From TPA_inf: Saccharomyces (taxonomy: Eukaryota), in assembly GCA_000146045.2 (NCBI GenBank), contig BK006949.2, positions 320,001 to 384,000 on the forward strand: a stretch of 64,000 nt of DNA, given 5' to 3'. The translations under genes were made by a program, and so were the position numbers. The notes below the pieces were generated by a model. The model saw nothing but the letters and a program-made list of their open reading frames with translations. It ran no database searches and was not told where the DNA came from. Positions 55,502 to 64,000 of this stretch are shown here, piece by piece. Position 1 is the first letter of the stretch. The number at the start of each line of letters is the position of its first letter.

Positions 55502-56953
55502 ATGCTTTCTGCAACCAAACAAACATTTAGAAGTCTACAGATAAGAACTATGTCCACGAACACCAAGCATTACGATTACCTCGTCATCGGGGGTGGCTCA
55601 GGGGGTGTTGCTTCCGCAAGAAGAGCTGCATCTTATGGTGCGAAGACATTACTAGTTGAAGCTAAGGCTCTTGGTGGTACCTGTGTTAACGTGGGTTGTG
55701 TTCCGAAGAAAGTCATGTGGTATGCTTCTGACCTCGCTACTAGAGTATCCCATGCAAATGAATATGGATTATATCAGAATCTTCCATTAGATAAAGAGCA
55801 TTTGACTTTTAATTGGCCAGAATTTAAGCAGAAAAGGGATGCTTATGTCCATAGGTTGAACGGTATATACCAGAAGAATTTAGAAAAAGAAAAAGTGGAT
55901 GTTGTATTTGGATGGGCTAGATTCAATAAGGACGGTAATGTTGAAGTTCAGAAAAGGGATAATACTACTGAAGTTTACTCCGCTAACCATATTTTAGTTG
56001 CGACCGGTGGAAAGGCTATTTTCCCCGAAAACATTCCAGGTTTCGAATTAGGTACTGATTCTGATGGGTTCTTTAGATTGGAAGAACAACCTAAGAAAGT
56101 TGTTGTTGTTGGCGCTGGTTATATTGGTATTGAGCTAGCAGGTGTGTTCCATGGGCTGGGATCCGAAACGCACTTGGTAATTAGAGGTGAAACTGTCTTG
56201 AGAAAATTTGATGAATGCATCCAGAACACTATTACTGACCATTACGTAAAGGAAGGCATCAACGTTCATAAACTATCCAAAATTGTTAAGGTGGAGAAAA
56301 ATGTAGAAACTGACAAACTGAAAATACATATGAATGACTCAAAGTCCATCGATGACGTTGACGAATTAATTTGGACAATTGGACGTAAATCCCATCTAGG
56401 TATGGGTTCAGAAAATGTAGGTATAAAGCTGAACTCTCATGACCAAATAATTGCTGATGAATATCAGAACACCAATGTTCCAAACATTTATTCTCTAGGT
56501 GACGTTGTTGGAAAAGTTGAATTGACACCTGTCGCTATTGCAGCGGGCAGAAAGCTGTCTAATAGACTGTTTGGTCCAGAGAAATTCCGTAATGACAAAC
56601 TAGATTACGAGAACGTCCCCAGCGTAATTTTCTCACATCCTGAAGCCGGTTCCATTGGTATTTCTGAGAAGGAAGCCATTGAAAAGTACGGTAAGGAGAA
56701 TATAAAGGTCTACAATTCCAAATTTACCGCCATGTACTATGCTATGTTGAGTGAGAAATCACCCACAAGATATAAAATTGTTTGTGCGGGACCAAATGAA
56801 AAGGTTGTCGGTCTGCACATTGTTGGTGATTCCTCTGCAGAAATCTTGCAAGGGTTCGGTGTTGCTATAAAGATGGGTGCCACTAAGGCTGATTTCGATA
56901 ATTGTGTTGCTATTCATCCGACTAGCGCAGAAGAATTGGTTACTATGAGATGA
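55502..56953 (+). CDS. GLR1: Glutathione reductase Glr1 (YPL091W), 483 aa from the first AUG. A second in-frame AUG at 55550 gives the 467-aa cytosolic form.
   Basis: [35 protein letters not shown]. There is an FAD-binding GGGSGG motif and the redox-active [13 protein letters not shown] motif. The track ORF carries a 67-codon TTG-initiated extension. Confidence 0.92.
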   Translation: MLSATKQTFRSLQIRTMSTNTKHYDYLVIGGGSGGVASARRAASYGAKTLLVEAKALGGTCVNVGCVPKKVMWYASDLATRVSHANEYGLYQNLPLDKEHLTFNWPEFKQKRDAYVHRLNGIYQKNLEKEKVDVVFGWARFNKDGNVEVQKRDNTTEVYSANHILVATGGKAIFPENIPGFELGTDSDGFFRLEEQPKKVVVVGAGYIGIELAGVFHGLGSETHLVIRGETVLRKFDECIQNTITDHYVKEGINVHKLSKIVKVEKNVETDKLKIHMNDSKSIDDVDELIWTIGRKSHLGMGSENVGIKLNSHDQIIADEYQNTNVPNIYSLGDVVGKVELTPVAIAAGRKLSNRLFGPEKFRNDKLDYENVPSVIFSHPEAGSIGISEKEAIEKYGKENIKVYNSKFTAMYYAMLSEKSPTRYKIVCAGPNEKVVGLHIVGDSSAEILQGFGVAIKMGATKADFDNCVAIHPTSAEELVTMR

Positions 56954-57290
56954 AGCAACGAAACTAGACGTCCAATCTGCTGTTGCTATACTGGACTTTT
57001 GTACTCTTGTAAACAATCTTATATAGCATCCTGAAATACGTAGTAATTTTGTCATTTCTGTTCAAGGACAAGGGTTCCTTTTTTTTTCAGACTATTAGCT
57101 ACTGTGGACTCGCTTGGATATTCAGTTGAGGATACATTCCGACTCTCGTTTACAATACATATGATTATTTTTCTTTTTGTTAATTATATAAAAAATAAAG
57201 TTATTTGATTTTAAGCTTAAAAATACACAAAATACAGAATAAGAAAGGAGTTTTTGAACAAAAGAATTTATCTTTTACTGCTTTCTAACT

Positions 57291-58395
57291 TTAAGCCTTC
57301 AAAGAAGAAGCTCTTCTCTTTCTGATTTCAGCCTTCTCAGCCTTTCTTTCAGACAATCTCTTAGCCAACAATTGAGCGTATTCGGCAGCAGCTTCTCTTT
57401 GAGCTTGAGCGTTTCTGACCTTCAAAGCTCTTTGGTGTCTCTTTCTTTGCAATCTTTGAGGAGTAACCAATCTTTGGATCTTTGGAGCCTTGGTGTAAGT
57501 CTTTTCACCCTTGGTGACTTCTCTTCTGATGACGAAATCACGAACGTCATCTTCCTTGGACAAACCGAAGAACTTTCTGATGTTGTTAGCTCTCTTTGGA
57601 CCCAATCTCTTTGGAACAGTAGTGTCAGTTAGACCTTCCAATTCTTGCTCACCCTTCTTGACAATGACCAAAGCCAAGACAGCCAAATCTGGACCAACAA
57701 TGGCACCTCTGACGGACTTTCTCTTTCTTTCACCATCACGTCTTGGTCTGTAACAAGAAACGTTCTTGGTCAACAACAACTTGATTCTAGTTGGCAACAA
57801 AACACCTTGCTTCATTGGGAAACCTTGTTTGTCGTTACCACCAGAGATCTTGAAGACGTAACCCTTGAATTCGTCACCAACGGCTTCACCATCGACTTCT
57901 TGACCGATTCTCTTGTCGAAGAAAACACGAATACGGTGTTCATCATCAATTTCGAAGGTCTTTTGAGACCCGTTAACTGGGTAAGAAATGTTCAACTATT
58001 TTAAATTTTCAACAGGTTATTAAGAAAATTTGTTAGTATACTATTGCAAAATTAATGTTTGAATAGGGTGAAGTTTATTACTCTAGAGAAATTATTAAGT
58101 GGAAGATGAAAAAGCTTGTCTTTTATTGACTATACTCCAAGTATATGAACTGCTTCAATTTCACGGTTTGTAGTAACAGTATATGTAAACCCGCTCTGTT
58201 TGTTTAAAAATAACGCCACAAACGCATCAATTAGTATATGGTAGTCTTCCTGCTTCTTTCCATAAAAAATTTCTAAAATCTTTACGACGTCTGGTTCTGT
58301 TTAGTTCTTTCTCACTTTCAAACTTTCATGCCATTTTTCCACATATAAAGTTCTCTGTTGCCCCTCAATAATAGTATCATAAATCATACCTTCAT
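57291..58395 (-). CDS. RPS6A: Ribosomal protein S6 (eS6) Rps6A (YPL090C), 236 aa. CDS = join(complement(58390..58395), complement(57291..57995)) with a 394-nt intron.
   Basis: Exon 2 translates to (L)[33 protein letters not shown]...RRASSLKA. Exon 1 is ATGAAG at 58395-58390. It is followed by GTATGA (5' splice site), a TACTAAC branchpoint (plus-strand GTTAGTA at 58032-58038) and a TAG 3' splice site at 57998-57996. Confidence 0.9.
57996..58389 (-). other. Spliceosomal intron of RPS6A (394 nt)
   Basis: The 5' splice site is GTATGA immediately after ATGAAG. The branchpoint TACTAAC lies about 36 nt upstream of the 3' splice site TAG|TTGAAC. Splicing joins MK to LNISYPV and restores the known eS6 N-terminus MKLNISYPV. 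Confidence 0.85.
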
Positions 58396-58813
58396 GATGT
58401 ATAGTCTGTCTTCACTCTTTTGTCACTTCTCTTAAGCAAATATAAAAATTCAATGACGAATAAGCATTAACCACTTTATCCTTGGTAACACTGTATATGA
58501 AATTTCAAAGAAACTGCAGCATCATGATGTTCCTAGACGTCGGTACTGGAATTCCCACCCAGTAGACTTACCTAGGTAGCGGCATTCCTCCAACGCTTAC
58601 CAGGAGAGATAACTTTCCCGCTAGAATCGATAGAGGAGCGTGGAATTACGCCAATCTTCCAAGTGGGAACGGGCAGAGTGTCCAGTGGCTTCCTGCCTAC
58701 AGAATGCACGGCCCCAGTGGGATTGGTGCAATCGCGCACGTTCCAACTTTCCGATGCTCCGGCGCGTCGATGACAATTTTACACATGAAAAACGAACTAT
58801 GTAAAAATAGTTG

Positions 58814-58864
58814 AAATGTATGGGTTCAATGAGAACTCGAATGTACGGATGTTTTCTCTGAATG
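58814..58864 (-). promoter_or_regulatory. Pair of Rap1 binding sites in the RPS6A promoter
   Basis: The minus strand reads AACCCATACATTT (plus 58814-58826) and ACATCCGTACATT (plus 58852-58864). Both match ACAYCCRTACAYY in the gene-proximal orientation. They are about 40 bp apart and 420-470 bp upstream of the RPS6A ATG, a typical RP-gene arrangement. Confidence 0.7.
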
Positions 58865-59119
58865 AACCTCTTGTCTTCTTCCGGCTTCTGCTTACATCAA
58901 ACTCCAGGCCAGGCGGCAATTCATTTTAGTTGCTAATGCACAAAAGAGTACTTAAATACTATCATTATTCAGAAAATGCAATTGAGTTTTTCGTTTTTCT
59001 TCCTTGTTTGGGTTATTCACTACGTAAATATGTGCATTTACAATAATATAAATATAAATTTTTTAAATGAAAAGAAGTTTCTTATGCTTGGAATATTCAT
59101 ACTGGTCAAATTTTTTGGT

Positions 59120-61150
59120 TTATATTTTGCTTGAATTTTTTTCTCCTGAAATATCAGTCGAAAAATTAAAGAATTTAGTGCCTAGTGGTGTTTGAGCAGT
59201 ATTTATGTATGGAGTCAGCCCGGTATTTCCATTATATGCGGTGGCAGCAGCATCATATGTACTTGAGTTGGACTGATTGTTCGAGTCACCATCGGTAGTA
59301 TGTTCTGAAATAGCAGCTCCATTTACGGGTGCATCTTCATTATTACTATAGTAACTGTTATTGCTATTGTTACTGTTATTGTCGTTGCCGTTGTTGCTGT
59401 TGTTGTTGCTGCTGTTGTTGTTGTTATTGTTGTTGTTGTTGTTAGTGTTGTTAGTGCTGCTGATATTGCTGGAGTTGCCGTTGTTTACGGCCGTCTGTAC
59501 GGGAGGGAAAGTACCAGGATTGTTTGTGTTTCCCGGCTTGGCACTGTTGGGTCCCATTGACCAGTCTGGAAACATCGATATAGAAGAAACATTTGGAGAA
59601 TTACTCATCAAATCATGTACGAACTTCGATGGCAGTGAACCAGTTGGAGGGCCATTGCTGGTTTCAGGGCCGGAAAAAGTTGAAGGGGGGCGTCCGGTTA
59701 ATGTTGTAGTTAATGGTACTGTTTGGCTCTGTTTTTTGAAAGACATTTGTTGGTATTGCTGGGTTTGTCTTTGAGCTAAAAAAGATGTATTTTGTTGGAA
59801 AGGTCCGCCAGGAATATTCGATGGTTGCAAGGGAGTGGCAATGTATGGCTGTGTTGCAGAAAAAAGAGGTGAAGACCCACTTCCGAAAGGATAAGGGTGA
59901 TTGTTATTGTTACTGCCATTACCATTGTTAGAACCGTTAGGCGCATTTGCATTTGGCAATTTTATTACCATTCTGCCATTATTACCTTTTTGGAGAGTTA
60001 AGGGGCCTGAGGCAGATGCGGATAGTGGAGAAATTTTGCTAGACCTACTTGTTTTGTTTTCTTTCATTATCTGCGAAGAGCCCATACTATTGCCGTTGGC
60101 CGATGTGGAGGAGGCAGAGGAGGGTTCACTTGGAATAGCGGAATTACTGCTGAAATTGTTGTTCGGAATTCTCACACGAAGTACCGGTCTGGCGGACAAT
60201 TTCCTTCTTGCTTTGACAGTCTGCTGAATAGAGTCTTCCAAAGAATTAGATGGTGACTGAGTGTAGTTGCTGTTGTCATTATTATTGCTGCCACTATTGT
60301 TAATTTTGTGCTCCTGTTTAGGGGTCCTTGAGGATGCATTTGTAAATGGCTTACTGAACTTGTTCGGTGAAATGGAAATGGGTGGAGGACGACCATTAAA
60401 GGAAGAGTTTTGAAAGCTTGGTAATTTTGGAAAATCCATCGTGGAAGGAGAAGATGAACTGGATGAAGGCTGGTTAAGATTGTACATGCTACTATGGTAT
60501 GGTCTCGATATATTTTGCTGCTGTTGCTGTTGCGGAGTTCTACTTATTTGCAAAGGATCCGGTTTCAATCTTTTCAAATGTTGTAAAGGCGGCAGCGCGT
60601 TCTCAGGATGACGTTTATTTTGCTCACTACCATCCATCTTTGAAATGAGTGCGGTCGGGGATAACAACTTCATGTGTGCACTCGGTATATTTTTATCAGA
60701 GGCTTTTTTATTCGAATGCATATTTGAATTCCTCTCAAAATTGCCATGATCATCGTCGTCCTCATCATTGTTCTCATCATCATCATTTTCTGACTGGTTC
60801 ATTCCTTTAACATTTGATTTCGAAGGCTTATTTGACATAGACGACCTGAGTAGGTCTTGATTTATGTTAACGGATGCACTTTTGTGAAAGTCTCCATAAT
60901 CGGAAGGATCTTTCACTTCGTGAAGCAAGTTTTTGTCATTTTGGTAGTGATAGATTAAATCATTCGTATCCACAGAGGAAAACTCATAGAACGTGTTATT
61001 GGACCCCAGTATAATGACGGCTATGTCTACTTGACAAAGAACGGATAGTTCATGGGCCTTCTTAAAAAGGCCAGCTTTACGTTTTATAAACGTGACAGCC
61101 CTATTTCTGTCATCAGAAATTCTCTGGATTTCAATCTTCCGTCTACCCAT
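59120..61150 (-). CDS. RLM1: MADS-box transcription factor Rlm1 (YPL089C), cell-wall integrity pathway, 676 aa
   Basis: 676-aa ORF. An N-terminal MEF2-type MADS box is present ([42 protein letters not shown]). The C-terminal half contains long poly-Asn/Ser tracts. Confidence 0.92.
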   Translation of the reverse strand: MGRRKIEIQRISDDRNRAVTFIKRKAGLFKKAHELSVLCQVDIAVIILGSNNTFYEFSSVDTNDLIYHYQNDKNLLHEVKDPSDYGDFHKSASVNINQDLLRSSMSNKPSKSNVKGMNQSENDDDENNDEDDDDHGNFERNSNMHSNKKASDKNIPSAHMKLLSPTALISKMDGSEQNKRHPENALPPLQHLKRLKPDPLQISRTPQQQQQQNISRPYHSSMYNLNQPSSSSSSPSTMDFPKLPSFQNSSFNGRPPPISISPNKFSKPFTNASSRTPKQEHKINNSGSNNNDNSNYTQSPSNSLEDSIQQTVKARRKLSARPVLRVRIPNNNFSSNSAIPSEPSSASSTSANGNSMGSSQIMKENKTSRSSKISPLSASASGPLTLQKGNNGRMVIKLPNANAPNGSNNGNGSNNNNHPYPFGSGSSPLFSATQPYIATPLQPSNIPGGPFQQNTSFLAQRQTQQYQQMSFKKQSQTVPLTTTLTGRPPSTFSGPETSNGPPTGSLPSKFVHDLMSNSPNVSSISMFPDWSMGPNSAKPGNTNNPGTFPPVQTAVNNGNSSNISSTNNTNNNNNNNNNNSSNNNSNNGNDNNSNNSNNSYYSNNEDAPVNGAAISEHTTDGDSNNQSNSSTYDAAATAYNGNTGLTPYINTAQTPLGTKFFNFSTDISGEKNSSKI
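59340..59470. repeat. Imperfect (GTT/ATT)n trinucleotide repeat. It is (AAC/AAT)n on the coding strand and encodes the poly-Asn tract of Rlm1.
   Basis: About 130 bp of GTTGTTGCTGTTGTTGTT... encode [32 protein letters not shown]. Confidence 0.8.
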
Positions 61151-61848
61151 GTTGTATCTATAGTATAGTTTTGCGACACTTTAATATTTAAGTTTTTTTC
61201 ACGCTTCAGCCTGTTTGCTCCGGGGGATATTAACCTCACAACGTGATAGAAACCTTGAAAAAAAAAAAGAATAATTCTGCTTGCCAGCTTTCAATTACTT
61301 TAACGAGTCAAAAGTTGAGTTGGCTATCAGGAGTAGGCAGTTCTAATTGAATCAGTCGTTGAACACTTTAGAACAGGCTCGCTTCTTTCTTACGTTTCTT
61401 TTTGTCTGTCCTTTAATTATTATTGTTCAGAGGAAGATCGAGCTGTTTCTATTATTAGCTTTCATCTCTTCCGTTTTATTTTTATCAGAAATCTGAAGTA
61501 AATTTTTTTCTTTCTTTCTGCGGCTTGGCATTCATCACCCGGTGATGCTGCGCCGTTAAGAGAGCCCAATAATGATAAGACGATTTCTGCATTTAATATA
61601 CGACTGAGACAGACTTCGTCACCGTGGAAGTATTTTTTGCGAACGTGGAAGTATTTCACCCACGTATGGCAGGCAAGAACGCATTTTCAATAACGTTATT
61701 TCCACGGAAAAATGTGATTAGTGTAGTAGGTTAGGAACGGGAGATAACTCGGCCGCTTGGTTTGAATTTGTTTCCCTTCGATTTTGTTTTCATTGCTTGA
61801 GTAAAAGAAGCTAAGCTAACATCTGCCTTATTCTTCTCAGCCTTTTCG

Positions 61849-61874
61849 TATATATATATATATATATATATATA
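61849..61874. repeat. (TA)13 dinucleotide microsatellite in the YPL088W upstream region
   Basis: TATATATATATATATATATATATATA lies about 90 bp upstream of the YPL088W ATG. Confidence 0.85.
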
Positions 61875-61964
61875 TTAGGACCCAGAGAACAAGGTATCAT
61901 ATATTAATTGTCTTGCCAACTATGTAATTTGGCTGTTACGGAAGACCCACATCAGGCGGCAGAA

Positions 61965-62993
61965 ATGGTTTTAGTTAAGCAGGTAAGACTCGGTAACTCA
62001 GGTCTTAAGATATCACCGATAGTGATAGGATGTATGTCATACGGGTCCAAGAAATGGGCGGACTGGGTCATAGAGGACAAGACCCAAATTTTCAAGATTA
62101 TGAAGCATTGTTACGATAAAGGTCTTCGTACTTTTGACACAGCAGATTTTTATTCTAATGGTTTGAGTGAAAGAATAATTAAGGAGTTTCTGGAGTACTA
62201 CAGTATAAAGAGAGAAACGGTGGTGATTATGACCAAAATTTACTTCCCAGTTGATGAAACGCTTGATTTGCATCATAACTTCACTTTAAATGAATTTGAA
62301 GAATTGGACTTGTCCAACCAGCGGGGTTTATCCAGAAAGCATATAATTGCTGGTGTCGAGAACTCTGTGAAAAGACTGGGCACATATATAGACCTTTTAC
62401 AAATTCACAGATTAGATCATGAAACGCCAATGAAAGAGATCATGAAGGCATTGAATGATGTTGTTGAAGCGGGCCACGTTAGATACATTGGGGCTTCGAG
62501 TATGTTGGCAACTGAATTTGCAGAACTGCAGTTCACAGCCGATAAATATGGCTGGTTTCAGTTCATTTCTTCGCAGTCTTACTACAATTTGCTCTATCGT
62601 GAAGATGAACGCGAATTGATTCCTTTTGCCAAAAGACACAATATTGGTTTACTTCCATGGTCTCCTAACGCACGAGGCATGTTGACTCGTCCTCTGAACC
62701 AAAGCACGGACAGGATTAAGAGTGATCCAACTTTCAAGTCGTTACATTTGGATAATCTCGAAGAAGAACAAAAGGAAATTATAAATCGTGTGGAAAAGGT
62801 GTCGAAGGACAAAAAAGTCTCGATGGCTATGCTCTCCATTGCATGGGTTTTGCATAAAGGATGTCACCCTATTGTGGGATTGAACACTACAGCAAGAGTA
62901 GACGAAGCGATTGCCGCACTACAAGTAACTCTAACAGAAGAAGAGATAAAGTACCTCGAGGAGCCCTACAAACCCCAGAGGCAAAGATGTTAA
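61965..62993 (+). CDS. Putative aryl-alcohol dehydrogenase in the aldo-keto reductase family (YPL088W), 342 aa
   Basis: The first ATG is at 61965 (MVLVKQVRLGNSGLKISPIVIGCMSYG), an AKR signature. The track start at 61908 is a TTG. Confidence 0.8.
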   Translation: MVLVKQVRLGNSGLKISPIVIGCMSYGSKKWADWVIEDKTQIFKIMKHCYDKGLRTFDTADFYSNGLSERIIKEFLEYYSIKRETVVIMTKIYFPVDETLDLHHNFTLNEFEELDLSNQRGLSRKHIIAGVENSVKRLGTYIDLLQIHRLDHETPMKEIMKALNDVVEAGHVRYIGASSMLATEFAELQFTADKYGWFQFISSQSYYNLLYREDERELIPFAKRHNIGLLPWSPNARGMLTRPLNQSTDRIKSDPTFKSLHLDNLEEEQKEIINRVEKVSKDKKVSMAMLSIAWVLHKGCHPIVGLNTTARVDEAIAALQVTLTEEEIKYLEEPYKPQRQRC

Positions 62994-63454
62994 GTTAGAT
63001 TTTCATGGGCCCACTGATATATAGAAGGCTAAATAACGAGAATCATATATACTGTAACATGACACCTGCTGATTTTTACTGATCGTAGCCATTCGGCTCA
63101 TATTACTTCATGTCCCTTTTTTAAATCCCTCGTTCCCGGAGAGTGGCATAGCATGTCCGATAGCGTACGCCAACCTACAGAATCAGGGGATCAGATTTCC
63201 TGAAAGCAACTTATCCATCAGTTTCTTTTTATAATGCCATAATGACAGGTGTGCCTTTCTTATTTTACTTCGCTTGCTTTCTTTCTATTGCATGCTTCAA
63301 TCTTTGAATATTTGCTAATAGTGAAAAAAAAAAAGGAAATAACTATCTGGTTTATCTGCATTGTTCTTCGTTTTTCAATTCAAGAATTTAAGCAAAAGGA
63401 TATATCATAGAACCTAGTGAATTTTTAAGAAAGTAAGATAAAGAAAAAAATCAA

Positions 63455-64000
63455 ATGCTGTTCAGCTGGCCTTATCCAGAAGCCCCGATTGAAGGTTATT
63501 GGGGCAAGCCAACTTCTCTGATTGATTGGTGCGAGGAGAATTATGTCGTATCCCCCTATATTGCAGAATGGTCAAATACTATTACCAATAGTATATTCTT
63601 AATGACCGCCTTCTATTCTACATATAGCGCTTGGCGTAATAAGTTAGAAACAAGGTATATATTGATAGGAATGGGGTTCTCGCTGGTTGGTATTGGTTCG
63701 TGGTTATTTCATATGACTTTACAGTATCGTTATCAATTGCTAGACGAACTACCAATGCTGTATGCGACCATCATCCCATCGTGGAGTATTTTTGCAGAAA
63801 CTCAAGAAATCTTGATTAAGGATGAGAAGAAAAGGAAGGAAAGCTCATTTAGAATCCAAATGGTCATTTCTTTTATCATGTGTGGTATAGTCACCATTTT
63901 AACCTGGATTTACGTTGTCGTCCAAAAGCCAGCAATTTTCCAAGTCCTTTATGGTATATTGACGCTTCTAGTTGTGGTTCTTTCTGGCTGGCTGACCTAC
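63455..64000 (+). CDS. YDC1: Alkaline dihydroceramidase Ydc1 (YPL087W), N-terminal part. The gene continues past the window end.
   Basis: The ATG at 63455 gives [45 protein letters not shown], a polytopic ceramidase. The ORF runs to the window end without a stop. Confidence 0.85.

Noticed and set aside
58540-58760. GC-rich island interpreted as a tRNA or other structured Pol III gene
   Set aside because: There is no cloverleaf-compatible arrangement. No A-box/B-box pair with correct spacing is present, and no downstream T-tract. I kept it only as a promoter or ncRNA curiosity in the findings.
58768-58862. Possible box C/D snoRNA, with CGATGA (C-box-like) at about 58771 and CTGA (D-box-like) at about 58857
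   Set aside because: The C box is imperfect (CGAUGA versus RUGAUGA). There is no terminal stem complementarity flanking the boxes. The segment coincides with the Rap1 sites of the RPS6A promoter. It is most likely promoter DNA.

Overview
This window is a contiguous, gene-dense stretch of Saccharomyces cerevisiae nuclear DNA, the left arm of chromosome XVI from YPL122C (TFB2) to YPL087W (YDC1), read Watson = + strand. I identified it by recalling the protein sequences of the genes. It contains about 35 well-known protein-coding genes: TFB2 (5' partial), MEI5, VPS30/ATG6, DBP1, MRP51, IDI1, HOS3, BEM3, YPL113C, PEX25, CAR1, GDE1, YPL109C/CQD1, YPL108W, YPL107W, SSE1, SYH1, MSD1, FMP30, ELP4, ATG21, INA17, MGR2, MSY1, ERI1, PNG1, EEB1, SEC62, NOG1, SSU1, GLR1, RPS6A, RLM1, YPL088W and YDC1 (3' partial). 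There is one initiator tRNA-Met gene with its Pol III T-tract terminator, and one spliceosomal intron, in RPS6A. I also found recognisable promoter elements: URS1, HSE, Rap1, PAC/RRPE, Yap1/CRE, Fzf1, a Pho4 E-box and an ORE-like site. The ORF track uses non-ATG starts (TTG/GTG), so several listed ORFs carry artificial N-terminal extensions. I trimmed these to the first ATG that matches the known protein. This is a eukaryotic chromosome, so CRISPR arrays, operons and similar prokaryotic features do not apply. I found no transposon or LTR, and nothing that looks like a novel or undescribed system. The findings are regulatory motifs, splice-signal details, repeats and annotation subtleties. Coordinates I derived by hand, rather than from the ORF track, may be off by 1-2 nt.
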